From positions 5,770 through 69,769 of the forward strand of contig JAFGQI010000170.1 of NCBI GenBank assembly GCA_016935755.1: a DNA stretch of 64,000 bases. Reading direction: 5' to 3'. Origin of the DNA: Anaerolineales bacterium (GTDB lineage Bacteria; Chloroflexota; Anaerolineae; Anaerolineales; UBA4823). Below are positions 47,563-57,966 of this stretch, in pieces. Numbering within the stretch: the first letter of the stretch is position 1; each line of letters begins with the position of its first letter. Both the position numbers and the translations under genes were made by a program. The notes under the pieces are model-generated. The model saw only the letters and a program-made list of their open reading frames with translations. It had not been told where the DNA came from and did no database searches.

Positions 47563-48642
47563 ATGAGATTCCCCATTTTAATGGCCGGGCTGCTCGTCGC
47601 TGGCATGCTCAGTAGTTGTTCAGGTCAGCCGCAGAACAGCCTGGCCACACCGATTCCAACTGAATATCTCCCAACCGCAATTGCACAAACATTAGAAGCA
47701 AGTGGATTAAAACCCCCTCCAACCCGGCTGGCCTCACCTACCCCACGTCTGGCATCATCGACAGCCACCAAGACTCAGACCAAACTGGCCATTACAAAAA
47801 CCCCAACATCGAAAGCGACCCGCACAAAGACGCCCTCGGCGACCCACACGCAAACGGTTACAGAAATTCTCGCCCCCGAATCCACACCTGAGCCGACCCT
47901 CGAACCCACAGAGAGCCAGGCCGCTGCTCTTACACCAACCCTGCTCTCTACGCCGCCTACAGCCACGCCGCTGCCCGAAACCCCGGAAGGGCGAATCCAG
48001 ATATTTAGATATGGCGAACTTTCCCTGGTTACCTCACCAATCCAGGTGTCCGCCAAATTGACATCGCAGGTTGGGAAGGTTGTCCGCGTGGAGTTGTATG
48101 GCGAGGATGGGCGCATGCTGGCCCGGCAGGTAAAAATATTCGGCACGCTGCCCTGGCAGGTTGGGAATGTCAATACCACGCTAGATTTCGAAATCAGCGG
48201 CGCGGCCGAAACGGGCCGGTTGGTCATCAGCGTAGAAGATGTTTTTGGTCGTCTGATCGATGTGAACTCAGTCAACCTGATTCTGCTATCGACAGGCGTG
48301 ACTGAACTCAATCCCCCGACTGCCGTGAACCAGAAGATCGTCATTCAGGAACCAGCCCCGAAGGCGCTCATCCAGGGTGGACTGGTGTATGTAGCTGGTC
48401 TGGCCCAACCCAACAAGGATCTGCCCTTGCGGGTGGCTTTAATTGCCGAAGATGGCCGCGTGCTGGGGCAGCGATTGGCAGGAGTCAGCATCCCGGTGCC
48501 CGGAGGCTATGGCTTCTTCGCCGCGGAAGTACCTTATACAGTTGCTGCCGCCACCGAGGTGCTGCTGGTCGTTTACGAAGAAGGCCAACCTGTATCAGAT
48601 ATCACTTACCTTTCCAGCACAATTATTCTGATATCGCCATAA
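47563..48642 (+). CDS. lipoprotein with Thr/Pro-rich linker and two Ig-like (Gmad2-like) modules, hypothetical
   Basis: Lipobox LSSC. Low-complexity T/P/S region. The C-terminal module ends in GGYGFFAAEVPYTV. Confidence 0.55.
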   Translation: MRFPILMAGLLVAGMLSSCSGQPQNSLATPIPTEYLPTAIAQTLEASGLKPPPTRLASPTPRLASSTATKTQTKLAITKTPTSKATRTKTPSATHTQTVTEILAPESTPEPTLEPTESQAAALTPTLLSTPPTATPLPETPEGRIQIFRYGELSLVTSPIQVSAKLTSQVGKVVRVELYGEDGRMLARQVKIFGTLPWQVGNVNTTLDFEISGAAETGRLVISVEDVFGRLIDVNSVNLILLSTGVTELNPPTAVNQKIVIQEPAPKALIQGGLVYVAGLAQPNKDLPLRVALIAEDGRVLGQRLAGVSIPVPGGYGFFAAEVPYTVAAATEVLLVVYEEGQPVSDITYLSSTIILISP

Positions 48643-48668
48643 TTTATCGACCTTGAGAGCATCTTCAT

Positions 48669-48697
48669 TTGACCCAAGATCAATTATCCTTTACAAT
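48669..48697 (+). promoter_or_regulatory. promoter of the kamA operon
   Basis: TTGACC, a 17-nt spacer, then TACAAT. This implies a 5' UTR of about 160 nt. Confidence 0.45.
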
Positions 48698-48863
48698 TCA
48701 TTGAGATATGGTGTGGTTTTGGACTGACTTTTTTACCGGATTTTTCCGCACCGATCATGATCCACCAGCCTTCCAATAAGCATGTGAAACCTGGTGGAAT
48801 CTCTCGGCGTAATACTTGCCGTGTATGAATGGTTTATTTTGTTTATTGATAAGGAGAGACTTC

Positions 48864-50216
48864 ATGGCATCTACACCTTTCACATCCAAGCGAGCTAAAG
48901 CCTACGCAGACATTTCTGATGATAAGTGGAACAACTGGCGTTGGCAGCTAAGCAACCGAATCAATACCGTTGAGGAATTTGAACGCGTTTTACCGCTGAC
49001 AGATAGTGAGCGCAGAGCTCTGTCTGCCGCCAACCTGTTTCGTGTGGATATCACGCCCTATTTTATTTCGCTGATCAACCCAGATGATCCGGATGACCCG
49101 GTGCGCAAGCAGGTTGTCCCCACTGACTCCGAACTGGTCCCTTTCACCGCGATGATGGAGGATTCGCTGGCAGAGGATCGCCACTCGCCAGTGCCAGGGC
49201 TGGTGCACCGCTATCCAGATCGCGTCTTGATGCTGGTGACCACCCAATGCGCTTCCTACTGCCGCTACTGCACCCGTTCGCGCATCGTTGGCGATCCTTC
49301 AGCGACCTTCTCGCGGGCCGAATTCGAAATGCAGATTGAATACCTGAAGCACACACCGCAGGTCAGGGATGTGCTGCTGTCTGGGGGCGATCCGCTCGTC
49401 CTGGCGCCTAAAATTTTGGAGGAGATTCTCAGCCGCCTGCGCGAGATACCGCATATCGAGATTGTGCGCATCGGGTCGCGCGTACCGGTCTTCCTGCCGA
49501 TGCGTATCACCACTGAACTGACAGATATGCTGCAAAAATACCATCCTTTGTGGATGAATATCCATGTCAACCATCCCAATGAAATCTCGGCTGAATTAGC
49601 CGAAGCATGCGACCGGCTCACCCGGGCGGGCATCCCGCTGGGCAACCAGGCTGTGCTGCTGGCGGGTGTCAATGATAACGTGCACATTCAGCGCGAGCTG
49701 GTTCACAAGCTGGTGCGCATCCGTGTGCGCCCGTACTATCTCTACCAGTGCGATCTGGTAGAAGGCGCAGGGCACTTCCGCACCCCGGTCGCCAAGGGCA
49801 TCGAGATCATGGAGGGTCTGCGGGGGCATACCTCAGGTTATGCCGTCCACCAGTACATTATTGACGCGCCGGGCGGCGGTGGAAAGATCCCGGTCTCGCC
49901 CAATTATCTGCTCAGCATGTCTGACCATAAAGTCGTGCTGCGCAACTACGAAGGGTATGTAACCACCTACGAAGAGCCAACCGACTACCTGCCCAGCCGT
50001 TCAGCCCAATTCCGCGGCGTTAAACGCCCCGAGCCTGGTCAGAGCGGTGTCTTTGGTCTGCTGGAAGGTGAGCAGATGTTTATCAAACCTGAGACCTTTG
50101 ATGAGGTTCACGAACGGAGCGGCATCCAGCATCGCCTGAAAGATCCCAAGAAATGGGTTCCGCTGGGAATTGGCTCGGGAGAATCGCCCAAAAACGACCC
50201 TGAAGAACAGACGTGA
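48864..50216 (+). CDS. kamA: lysine 2,3-aminomutase-family radical SAM enzyme
   Basis: NNWRWQLSNRI, radical-SAM CASYCRYCTRS, VLLSGGDPL, and PYYLYQCD. The ATG at 48864 follows AAGGAGAG. Confidence 0.85.
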   Translation: MASTPFTSKRAKAYADISDDKWNNWRWQLSNRINTVEEFERVLPLTDSERRALSAANLFRVDITPYFISLINPDDPDDPVRKQVVPTDSELVPFTAMMEDSLAEDRHSPVPGLVHRYPDRVLMLVTTQCASYCRYCTRSRIVGDPSATFSRAEFEMQIEYLKHTPQVRDVLLSGGDPLVLAPKILEEILSRLREIPHIEIVRIGSRVPVFLPMRITTELTDMLQKYHPLWMNIHVNHPNEISAELAEACDRLTRAGIPLGNQAVLLAGVNDNVHIQRELVHKLVRIRVRPYYLYQCDLVEGAGHFRTPVAKGIEIMEGLRGHTSGYAVHQYIIDAPGGGGKIPVSPNYLLSMSDHKVVLRNYEGYVTTYEEPTDYLPSRSAQFRGVKRPEPGQSGVFGLLEGEQMFIKPETFDEVHERSGIQHRLKDPKKWVPLGIGSGESPKNDPEEQT

Positions 50217-50239
50217 TTTTTTAAGCCAGTTTTTTTACA

Positions 50240-52093
50240 ATGTGTGGCTTATCCGGCCTCATTTCACCTGATCTCCCCAGAGACAGACTCGAGCGAGTCA
50301 ACAACCTGCTAGAGCATCGTGGGCCGGATGATGCAGGTGTGTACACCGATGAGGGTATTGGCTTGACAGTCCGCCGGTTGAGTATCATTGATCTCACTGG
50401 CGGACACCAACCCATCAGCAACGAAAATAAAGATATCTGGCTGGTTCTAAACGGGGAAATTTTTAATGCCCCCGCTTTACGCTGTGAACTCGAGGCGGCT
50501 GGCCATCTCTTCTCTACCTGCACAGACACAGAAACTGTCGTCCATGCATATGAACAGTGGGGAGATGAAGCTTTCAGCCGTCTGAGAGGTATGTTCGCTT
50601 TTGCACTCTGGGAGAAAAAGCGGCAGCGCCTGATCCTGGGGCGCGATCGCTTCGGAATCAAGCCCCTGTATTACGCCCATTCGGGAAGCAAGCTGGCTTT
50701 TGCCTCCGAAATCCTGCCTATCCTGGAACTCATGCCAGAGATTCCCCGCCAGGCCAACCCGGAGGCGCTTTGGCGGCTGTTCGAGATCGGCTTTATCCCC
50801 TGCCCGTGGACTGCTTTCATGGGTATTTTCAAGCTGTCGCCAGGCCATATCCTGATTTGCCAGGGTGGGCAGGTGAATATTCGCGCTTACTGGCAGCTTC
50901 GCTATTCGTCAGATTCAGAACAAATCCGGTTTTCCTTGCGCCAGGCAAGCCAGGAGTTTATTGAACAGCTGATCGAAACTGTAAACGCCTGGCGGATGAG
51001 CGATGTCCCGGTTGCCTCTCTGCTGAGCGGCGGCATTGACTCATCTGCGCTGGCGGCTGTGCTCACCGAAGTGAGTGGAGCGCCCATCCGAACTTTCAAC
51101 ATCGGCTTCGCCAATTGGGAGCGAGATGAAGCCGTCCAGGCGAGAGCAACGGCGCAATTTATCGGGAGCCAGCATACCGAAATAGTTTTTACTCTGGCAG
51201 ACTTTGATCTATTGCCCAGGGTTGTCAACCGCCTGGAAGAGCCTGAGTGTTCTGGAACCAGCGTAGCGTTATATTTGTTATACCAGGCCTGCCATCAGGC
51301 AGGATATAAGGTTGTCATGACTGGCGAAGGCTCGGATGAACTGTTGGGTGGCTATCCCTGGTATCAGGGAGACCAGCGAGTCAGACCCTTTTTGCGCCTG
51401 CCACCGAGCCTGCGCGGTCTGGTCGCGAACCTGGCTGCGCCAGTATTTCGAGGCAGCCGGCGTGTTTTGCTTCAGGGGAGTGCAGATCCGATTCAACGCT
51501 ATATTTTATGGCAGCGCGCTGATCTGCCTAGAAAGATTGAAGCTCTCCTGAAGGGCGAACCGCCTCCCAGTTTACTTCAGGTCTGGCATGAACAATACGC
51601 CCAGACAATCCAGGGATACCATCCACTCCACCAGATGTTATATCTGGAGAGCCAGACCCGATTGGCAAATTATGTCAACCTGATGATGGATCGGATGAGC
51701 ATGGCGCACTCCGTGGAAGCCCGCCCACCCTTCCTGGATCATCAATTATGGGAGTTTACGGCTCGCTTCAGTCCACGGGTCAAACTGGGCTGGCATGAAA
51801 ACAAACGTTTGTTACGTCATGGGATGCAGGGACGCTTGCCGGCGCCTGTGCTCCAACGCCCTAAAAAGGGGCTGTCTGCTCCGGAAAATATATGGTGGCG
51901 CTCCGCTCGATTGCCCATCTGGGCGAGTGAACTGATGCAACCCGGCGCGCTTGAAGAGAGCGGGTACTTTAAAACCCGAGAGATAATTCGTTTGCTGCAG
52001 CTGCACCAGAATGGAAAAGTAAACCTCGGCAGATTGCTAACCGGGATCCTGACCACACAGCTCTGGCATTTCCAGGTGTTGAAGCCATCCTAA
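50240..52093 (+). CDS. asparagine synthase (glutamine-hydrolysing) family amidotransferase
   Basis: N-terminal MCG nucleophile, GHQP, NGEIFN, and PP-loop SLLSGGIDSS. Confidence 0.85.
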   Translation: MCGLSGLISPDLPRDRLERVNNLLEHRGPDDAGVYTDEGIGLTVRRLSIIDLTGGHQPISNENKDIWLVLNGEIFNAPALRCELEAAGHLFSTCTDTETVVHAYEQWGDEAFSRLRGMFAFALWEKKRQRLILGRDRFGIKPLYYAHSGSKLAFASEILPILELMPEIPRQANPEALWRLFEIGFIPCPWTAFMGIFKLSPGHILICQGGQVNIRAYWQLRYSSDSEQIRFSLRQASQEFIEQLIETVNAWRMSDVPVASLLSGGIDSSALAAVLTEVSGAPIRTFNIGFANWERDEAVQARATAQFIGSQHTEIVFTLADFDLLPRVVNRLEEPECSGTSVALYLLYQACHQAGYKVVMTGEGSDELLGGYPWYQGDQRVRPFLRLPPSLRGLVANLAAPVFRGSRRVLLQGSADPIQRYILWQRADLPRKIEALLKGEPPPSLLQVWHEQYAQTIQGYHPLHQMLYLESQTRLANYVNLMMDRMSMAHSVEARPPFLDHQLWEFTARFSPRVKLGWHENKRLLRHGMQGRLPAPVLQRPKKGLSAPENIWWRSARLPIWASELMQPGALEESGYFKTREIIRLLQLHQNGKVNLGRLLTGILTTQLWHFQVLKPS

Positions 52094-52140
52094 CGGCAGG
52101 TTTTGACCTGATAAGATGATCCAGCAAATAAGGTGACGAT

Positions 52141-53286
52141 ATGACCAGCATGCATATTTTTCCGGCAGAAATTTCTGAAGCAGGCCATCGGGTGCACGGC
52201 GTATTACAAATGGGCACCAGACAGCATGATATCTACTACCAAAGCGATGATTGTGAACTGTCCGGAAATCTGGAAACTTTTCTAGCCATCGCTCTCCTGC
52301 CCTGTATGAAGCAAAGGGCCGCCTGTGTTGTCGAAGGAAATGTCAGCCCTCGTTTCCTGTCCGGCATTCAAGAAATCCAGTCTGTTTTTCACTCCTGGAA
52401 ACCAGGGATGAAACCCATCGAAATTCAGGGAGCAACCCCACAGGCGACCCCGCGGACAGAGGCTGACCGAGTAGGCGTGTTTTTCTCCGGCGGGGTTGAC
52501 TCGTTCTACTCTTTCTTGAAAAACCGTGACGAGATCACAGATTTGATCTTTATCCAGGGGTTCGACATCCCCCACGAGCGTCAATCCATCCGCAGCCAGG
52601 CATCCGAAATGGTGCGAAAAGTTGGCCAACACTTTGGCAAAGGGGTGATCGAGGTTGATACCAATATTCGTTCTTTCCTTGACCAATACCTGTTCTGGGG
52701 TTACTCGCATGGCGCAGCCATGGCCAGCGTGGGGCATTTGCTGGCCCAGCAGTTTAAACGCATCTACATCGCTGCCAGCTACACCGAGCCCACCCTGGTG
52801 CCTTTTGGGTCGCACCCCCATCTGGATCCATTTTGGAGCTCAGAGACTCTGGAATTCATACATGATGGGTTAGAAATCTCACGGGTTGGGAAAATTGCTC
52901 TACTCGCCGAACATGATATTGCGCTTCAATCCCTGAGAGTGTGCCTGTCTAACCCAGGTGGAGCCTATAATTGTGGGCGCTGCGAAAAATGCTTGAGGAC
53001 GATGATCTACCTGCGTGTACACGGGGTATTGGATCGCTGCACAACCTTTAGCCATCCTTTGGATCTCCGCCGGGTAGCCCGATTGAAAGCCACCAGCACG
53101 TTTTTCCCCTTCGAGGAGAGCCTAAAAATATTAGAAGAAAAACAAACCGACCCCGAACTGGCTGGCGCTCTGCGAAAGATCCTGTATCGGCCTGCGTGGC
53201 AAAAGAGAGTGATTAATTGGGTGCGGAAAGAACGGCGAAGAGCGCAGGCGGCCCTGCACAGCAAGAGAAAACTACCCGACTCTTAA
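52141..53286 (+). CDS. hypothetical PP-loop-like (adenine nucleotide alpha-hydrolase-type) protein
   Basis: VGVFFSGGVDSFYSF resembles an SGGxDS PP-loop. C-terminal CGRCEKC cluster. No specific family recognised. Confidence 0.45.
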   Translation: MTSMHIFPAEISEAGHRVHGVLQMGTRQHDIYYQSDDCELSGNLETFLAIALLPCMKQRAACVVEGNVSPRFLSGIQEIQSVFHSWKPGMKPIEIQGATPQATPRTEADRVGVFFSGGVDSFYSFLKNRDEITDLIFIQGFDIPHERQSIRSQASEMVRKVGQHFGKGVIEVDTNIRSFLDQYLFWGYSHGAAMASVGHLLAQQFKRIYIAASYTEPTLVPFGSHPHLDPFWSSETLEFIHDGLEISRVGKIALLAEHDIALQSLRVCLSNPGGAYNCGRCEKCLRTMIYLRVHGVLDRCTTFSHPLDLRRVARLKATSTFFPFEESLKILEEKQTDPELAGALRKILYRPAWQKRVINWVRKERRRAQAALHSKRKLPDS

Positions 53287-54245
53287 ATCTGGTGGGGCGT
53301 ACGGGCAACCCTTAGCGCTACCCAATCACCCAACTGGCGTTTTTCGACCAGCCACAAACCGTTTTTCGCGGCAGCTTCTTCCACCTCGGCAGATTGTTCA
53401 GCCAGGATGCCAGAGAGGATGAGCTGCCCAGCGGGGTTTAGCAGTTGGCCCAGGCCTTCATCCAATAAACGCACCAAAACAGGGGCCAGGATGTTGGCCA
53501 GCACCAGGTCGGCTGTACGCAGGGAAAAATCCCCGCGCAGGATTTCATCCAACGAGCCTACGCCCAACTCCAGATGCTCTAGAACAGAATTACTGGCGGC
53601 GTTTTCTACAGCCGCTTTTATGGCTTCAGGATCGATATCCACACCCAAGGCGCGGGCTGCCCCAAGCTTGAGAGCAGCCACAGCCAGAATAGCTGTCCCA
53701 CAGCCCAGGTCAATCACCTCCGCCCTTTGGGGGGCTGGATCGTCCTGGCTGCTGGTCAGGATCGCTTCAACAAACTCAAGACAAAGCTGCGTGGTTGGAT
53801 GAGTGCCGGTACCAAATGCCATCCCAGGATCAATTCGCACCGGGATGCGATCATTTGTGGATGGTTCCAGCCAGGCAGGGATGACAATCAAGCGCTTGCC
53901 GATCTGAATCGGATGATAGTGCTGTTTCCAGGATTCCGCCCAATTGGTTTGCTGGATCAGGCGAAACTGGGGCGCGGGAAGCGGTCGGATGCGTCCCAGG
54001 TACCACAATGCTTCTTCCAGGCGCTGACGGTTGGTTTCTAACATGTCATCGACGGGGAGATAGCCAAAAACACGCAGAGGGCCAACCGAATGACCTTCAG
54101 AATCATCCGGGTTGGCAGTCACCGAGGTACTTTCGACCACAATTCCATCGGATAAAAAGCGCGATAAAACCTCCGCGACTGGTTCTACCAGTTCACTGTC
54201 CACCATAAGAGATACTTCCAGCCAGCTGGCTTCGGGCTCACCCAC
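53283..54245 (-). CDS. prmA: ribosomal protein L11 methyltransferase
   Basis: [27 protein letters not shown], and NILA. Confidence 0.9.
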   Translation of the reverse strand: MGEPEASWLEVSLMVDSELVEPVAEVLSRFLSDGIVVESTSVTANPDDSEGHSVGPLRVFGYLPVDDMLETNRQRLEEALWYLGRIRPLPAPQFRLIQQTNWAESWKQHYHPIQIGKRLIVIPAWLEPSTNDRIPVRIDPGMAFGTGTHPTTQLCLEFVEAILTSSQDDPAPQRAEVIDLGCGTAILAVAALKLGAARALGVDIDPEAIKAAVENAASNSVLEHLELGVGSLDEILRGDFSLRTADLVLANILAPVLVRLLDEGLGQLLNPAGQLILSGILAEQSAEVEEAAAKNGLWLVEKRQLGDWVALRVARTPHQI

Positions 54246-55365
54246 CTAATGTTTCCTTCAGCCAGTCCAGGAAACTGCGCTCCTGGGGGCGCACCTCACT
54301 TCCAAGACTCTTTGCCAGCTGTTCAAAGATTTGGCGCTGTTCAGTTGTGAGACGGGTCGGGATTTCCACATTTACGATCACAAGCTGGTCGCCGCGCCCG
54401 TTGCTGCGCAGTTTCGGCACGCCCTGACCTCGCAGGTATAGAATTTTGCCAGGCTGGGTGCCAGCAGGGATCTTCAAGGTGGTCGGGCCATCTACCGTCG
54501 GGATTTCAACCTCCGCTCCCATGGTGGCCTGGGCAATGTTCACATTCAGGTCGAGCAAGATATCAAATTCACGCCGGCGAAAGTATTTGTGCGCCTTAAC
54601 CTGAATAGCGATAAACAGATTCCCGTTTGGCCCGCCATTGATCCCCGGCTGCCCTTCCCCGGCCAGGCGCATTTGAGTGCCAGTGTCCACACCGGCAGGA
54701 ATTTCGATCATTTTCTTGCGCGTCCGCCGCTCCAGACCTCGTCCCTGGCAGGTATGGCAGGGCGTGGAGATGATCTCCCCTTGCCCACGACAGTTCGGAC
54801 ATGTAGCCACCTGCACCATTGATCCCAGAATAGTCTGGCGCACCTGGCGGACTTCTCCAGACCCATTGCAGGTCGAACAGCGGATAGGTTTCGTGCCTGG
54901 TTCGGACCCGCTGCCGCCGCACCGGCTGCATACCTCATCGCGGGAGATCTCAATCTCCTTTTCGACTCCAAAAACAGCTTCTTCAAAAGTCAAATCGAGG
55001 CGATACTGCAGATCGGCGCCGCGCCGGGGGGCATTGCGAGAGCGGGTAGAACTGCGCCCAAAACCGCCAAAACCGAATAAATCGCTGAAAATATCGGCGA
55101 AATCGGAAAAGTCTACCGTGAAATCCTGGCTCCCGCCGGGACCGCGCACCCCTGCGTGACCAAAACGGTCATACGCGGCGCGCTTTTCAGGATCAGAAAG
55201 CACTGCATAAGCTTCGTTGATCTCTTTAAACTTTTCTTCTGCGTCAGGCTCATTGTTTACGTCAGGATGATACTGGCGAGCCAGCCGCCGAAAAGCCGCT
55301 TTCAGGTCATCTGGAGAAGCGCTGCGTGGTACTTCCAGGATTTCGTAGTAGTCGCGTTGGGTCAT
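54238..55365 (-). CDS. dnaJ: molecular chaperone DnaJ
   Basis: J domain [18 protein letters not shown] region, and four CxxCxGxG motifs. The start is moved to MTQRDYY because the track start lies inside the dnaK-dnaJ hairpin. Confidence 0.93.
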   Translation of the reverse strand: MTQRDYYEILEVPRSASPDDLKAAFRRLARQYHPDVNNEPDAEEKFKEINEAYAVLSDPEKRAAYDRFGHAGVRGPGGSQDFTVDFSDFADIFSDLFGFGGFGRSSTRSRNAPRRGADLQYRLDLTFEEAVFGVEKEIEISRDEVCSRCGGSGSEPGTKPIRCSTCNGSGEVRQVRQTILGSMVQVATCPNCRGQGEIISTPCHTCQGRGLERRTRKKMIEIPAGVDTGTQMRLAGEGQPGINGGPNGNLFIAIQVKAHKYFRRREFDILLDLNVNIAQATMGAEVEIPTVDGPTTLKIPAGTQPGKILYLRGQGVPKLRSNGRGDQLVIVNVEIPTRLTTEQRQIFEQLAKSLGSEVRPQERSFLDWLKETLGG

Positions 55366-55379
55366 TTTTTCTTCAATAG

Positions 55380-55405
55380 AGTGGGAAGGCTTACGCCTTC
55401 CCACT
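55380..55405 (-). promoter_or_regulatory. strong hairpin between dnaK and dnaJ
   Basis: Minus strand reads AGTGGGAAGGC-GTAA-GCCTTCCCACT: 11 bp with a GNRA loop and no U-tract. Confidence 0.4.
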
Positions 55406-55417
55406 CAGCTTGTAAGG

Positions 55418-57319
55418 CTAGGTATTGCGGAACTCTCCGTCAACTACATCTTCCCCACCTGACTCACTGCCTGAGTCGCCTTGTGGTTCAGGTTCTGGGG
55501 CGCCAGCCGCAGGTCCGCTGGGCTGGTAAGCCGCCGCGCCAACCTGCTGTAAGACCTGGTTAAGTTCATCTGTCGCCTGCCGGATGGCATTGGCATCTTC
55601 ACCGCTGAGCAACTGGCGCACTTTCGAAACGCCATCTTCCACGCTCTTTTTCAAATCAGCGGGGACTTTCTCGCCCAAATCCTTCAATACTTTCTCCGCA
55701 GCATAAGCCGCGTTATCGGCCTGGTTGCGCGCTTCAATAAGTTCTTTGCGGCGCAGGTCTTCATCAGCATGCAGTTCAGCATCCTTGCGCATCCGCTCGA
55801 CTTCCGAGTCCGACAGACCTGAAGAGGCGGTGATCGTGATATGCTGGCTGCGGCCTGTGGCTTTATCCTGGGCAGTTACTTTGATAATCCCATTTGCATC
55901 GATATCAAAGGTAACTTCGATTTGCGGAACGCCACGCGGCGAAGGGGGAATGCCATCCAGGATGAACCGGCCCAGAGATTTATTATCCGTCGCCATCGGG
56001 CGCTCGCCCTGGACCACATGGATTTCAACCTGAGATTGCATATCACTGGCAGTAGAGAAGATCTGCGATTTCCGCGTCGGGATGGTGGTATTGCGCTCGA
56101 TCAGCGGAGTGGCTACGCTGCCCAGGGTTTCAACAGACAGGGTGAGCGGGGTGACATCCAGCAGCAAAATATCTTTGACTTCGCCGCCCAAAACCCCTGC
56201 CTGGATGGCCGCGCCAATTGCCACGACCTCATCCGGATTGACCCCTTTGTGAGGCTCTTTGTTGAAGAGCTTCCGCACGGCATCCTGAACGGCTGGCATA
56301 CGGGTCATTCCACCCACCAGGACGATTTCGTTAATTTCAGAAGCCTGCGCCCCCGCATCCTTCAACGCCTGGCGGACCGGGCCCATCGTTCGTTCAACCA
56401 GATCGCCGGTCAGCTGCTCCAGCTTCGCCCGGGTGAGCGTGATCACAAAATGCTTGGGCCCGCTGGCATCCGCAGTGATATAGGGCAGATTGATCTCGGT
56501 TTGCATCAGGGTAGAAAGCTCGATCTTGGCCTTTTCTGCCGCTTCCTTGAGACGCTGCAGCGACTGGCGATCCCCGCGCAGGTCAATCCCATGCTCGCGC
56601 TTGAACTCATCGGCGAGATAGTCAATGATGCGCAGATCAAAGTCATCGCCGCCCAGGAAAGTGTCGCCGCTGGTGGAACGCACCTGGAAGACGCCATCAC
56701 CCACATCCAGGATGGAAATATCGAACGTACCGCCACCCAGATCGTAGACAGCAATGACCTCGTCTTTTTTCTTGTCCAGGCCATACGCCAGAGATGAGGC
56801 AGTCGGTTCATTGATGATTCTCAGCACGTCCAGCCCAGCAATTTTGCCAGCATCCTTGGTGGCATTGCGCTGCGCGTCATTAAAGTAAGCCGGCACTGTG
56901 ATCACAGCCTGGGTAATCGCCTCTCCCAGGTAGGCTTCTGCATCGGCCTTGAGTTTGCTCAAAATCATGGCAGAAATTTCGGGTGGCGAGTATTCCTTGC
57001 CATCCAAAACCACGCGCACATCCCCATTCGGGGCTTGAGTTACCTTGTAGGGAGCGCGTGAGACTGCCCGCTGTACTTCAGGATCGTTAAATTTACGACC
57101 CATAAATCGCTTGATGGAAAAGATTGTGTTCTCCGGGTTTACGACCGCCTGGTTGCGCGCCACGCGCCCAGTCATGCGCTCATGGTTCTTGTTTACAGCA
57201 ACAACTGAGGGCACCAGGCGTTCTCCCTCAGCCGAAGGGATCACGGTAGGCTCGCCGCCTTCCATAACGGCTACTACCGAGTTGGTCGTACCCAGATCGA
57301 TTCCAATAATTTTACCCAT
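55418..57319 (-). CDS. dnaK: molecular chaperone DnaK
   Basis: [25 protein letters not shown], and [10 protein letters not shown]. Confidence 0.97.
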   Translation of the reverse strand: MGKIIGIDLGTTNSVVAVMEGGEPTVIPSAEGERLVPSVVAVNKNHERMTGRVARNQAVVNPENTIFSIKRFMGRKFNDPEVQRAVSRAPYKVTQAPNGDVRVVLDGKEYSPPEISAMILSKLKADAEAYLGEAITQAVITVPAYFNDAQRNATKDAGKIAGLDVLRIINEPTASSLAYGLDKKKDEVIAVYDLGGGTFDISILDVGDGVFQVRSTSGDTFLGGDDFDLRIIDYLADEFKREHGIDLRGDRQSLQRLKEAAEKAKIELSTLMQTEINLPYITADASGPKHFVITLTRAKLEQLTGDLVERTMGPVRQALKDAGAQASEINEIVLVGGMTRMPAVQDAVRKLFNKEPHKGVNPDEVVAIGAAIQAGVLGGEVKDILLLDVTPLTLSVETLGSVATPLIERNTTIPTRKSQIFSTASDMQSQVEIHVVQGERPMATDNKSLGRFILDGIPPSPRGVPQIEVTFDIDANGIIKVTAQDKATGRSQHITITASSGLSDSEVERMRKDAELHADEDLRRKELIEARNQADNAAYAAEKVLKDLGEKVPADLKKSVEDGVSKVRQLLSGEDANAIRQATDELNQVLQQVGAAAYQPSGPAAGAPEPEPQGDSGSESGGEDVVDGEFRNT

Positions 57320-57376
57320 AGAAAATTATGCCTCCATATGATCGATGAACATCTTTCCAGCTTCTAAAACGCTGGT

Positions 57377-57928
57377 TTACCGCGCCACTCGCACCAGCGC
57401 CGGGCGCAACACCCGATCCCCGAGCAAGTAGCCTTGTTTTACAACTTCGATGATCTGTCCGCTTTCGAAGTGATCGTTTTCCTCGGATGTGATTGCCTCA
57501 TGGTAAGCAGGATCAAACACCTGTCCCTGGCTTCCCATAGGTTTGACGCCCTCGCTTTCCAGAATCGCCAGCAGCTTCCGGTACACCAATTCAATCCCAT
57601 TCGCCCAGGATTCGCCATCGCCGCCTTGCGGCCGATTCTTCAATGCCCGTTCCAGATCATCAATGACCTCTAAATAACGCTTAATTATGTTTCCGGATGT
57701 GGTCTGGTATGCCTGCGCCTGTTCACGTTCCTGGCGTTTTTTATAGTTGGCAAACTCTGCGCGTGCCCGCTGCCATCCATCCAGGTATTCTTCTGCTTTT
57801 GCACGGGTTTCAGCCAGCTCCAGACGCAAGGTCTCAAGTTCCGCATTCAACATTACTTGAGCCTCTTGCTCACTCTCAACAGGTTCGGAAGTTTTAACTT
57901 CTTCCTGGTTCTCCGACTTCTTTCTCAA
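57377..57928 (-). CDS. grpE: nucleotide exchange factor GrpE
   Basis: RARAEFANYKKR..FDPAYHEA..GYLLGDRVLRPALVRV. Confidence 0.93.
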   Translation of the reverse strand: MRKKSENQEEVKTSEPVESEQEAQVMLNAELETLRLELAETRAKAEEYLDGWQRARAEFANYKKRQEREQAQAYQTTSGNIIKRYLEVIDDLERALKNRPQGGDGESWANGIELVYRKLLAILESEGVKPMGSQGQVFDPAYHEAITSEENDHFESGQIIEVVKQGYLLGDRVLRPALVRVAR

Positions 57929-57966
57929 ATCATGCTCCTCATCGTAGATATCTATTCAGCGAGTTG

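Noticed and set aside
50240-52093. The asparagine-synthase homolog as a lasso-peptide cyclase.
   Set aside because: It retains the N-terminal Cys2 glutaminase nucleophile and is full length. No transglutaminase-like B protein, RRE or precursor peptide is adjacent.
53283-53286. Overlapping convergent stop codons (TTAA) of the PP-loop gene and prmA as a regulatory feature.
   Set aside because: This is probably just compact genome organisation, and no associated structure is visible.
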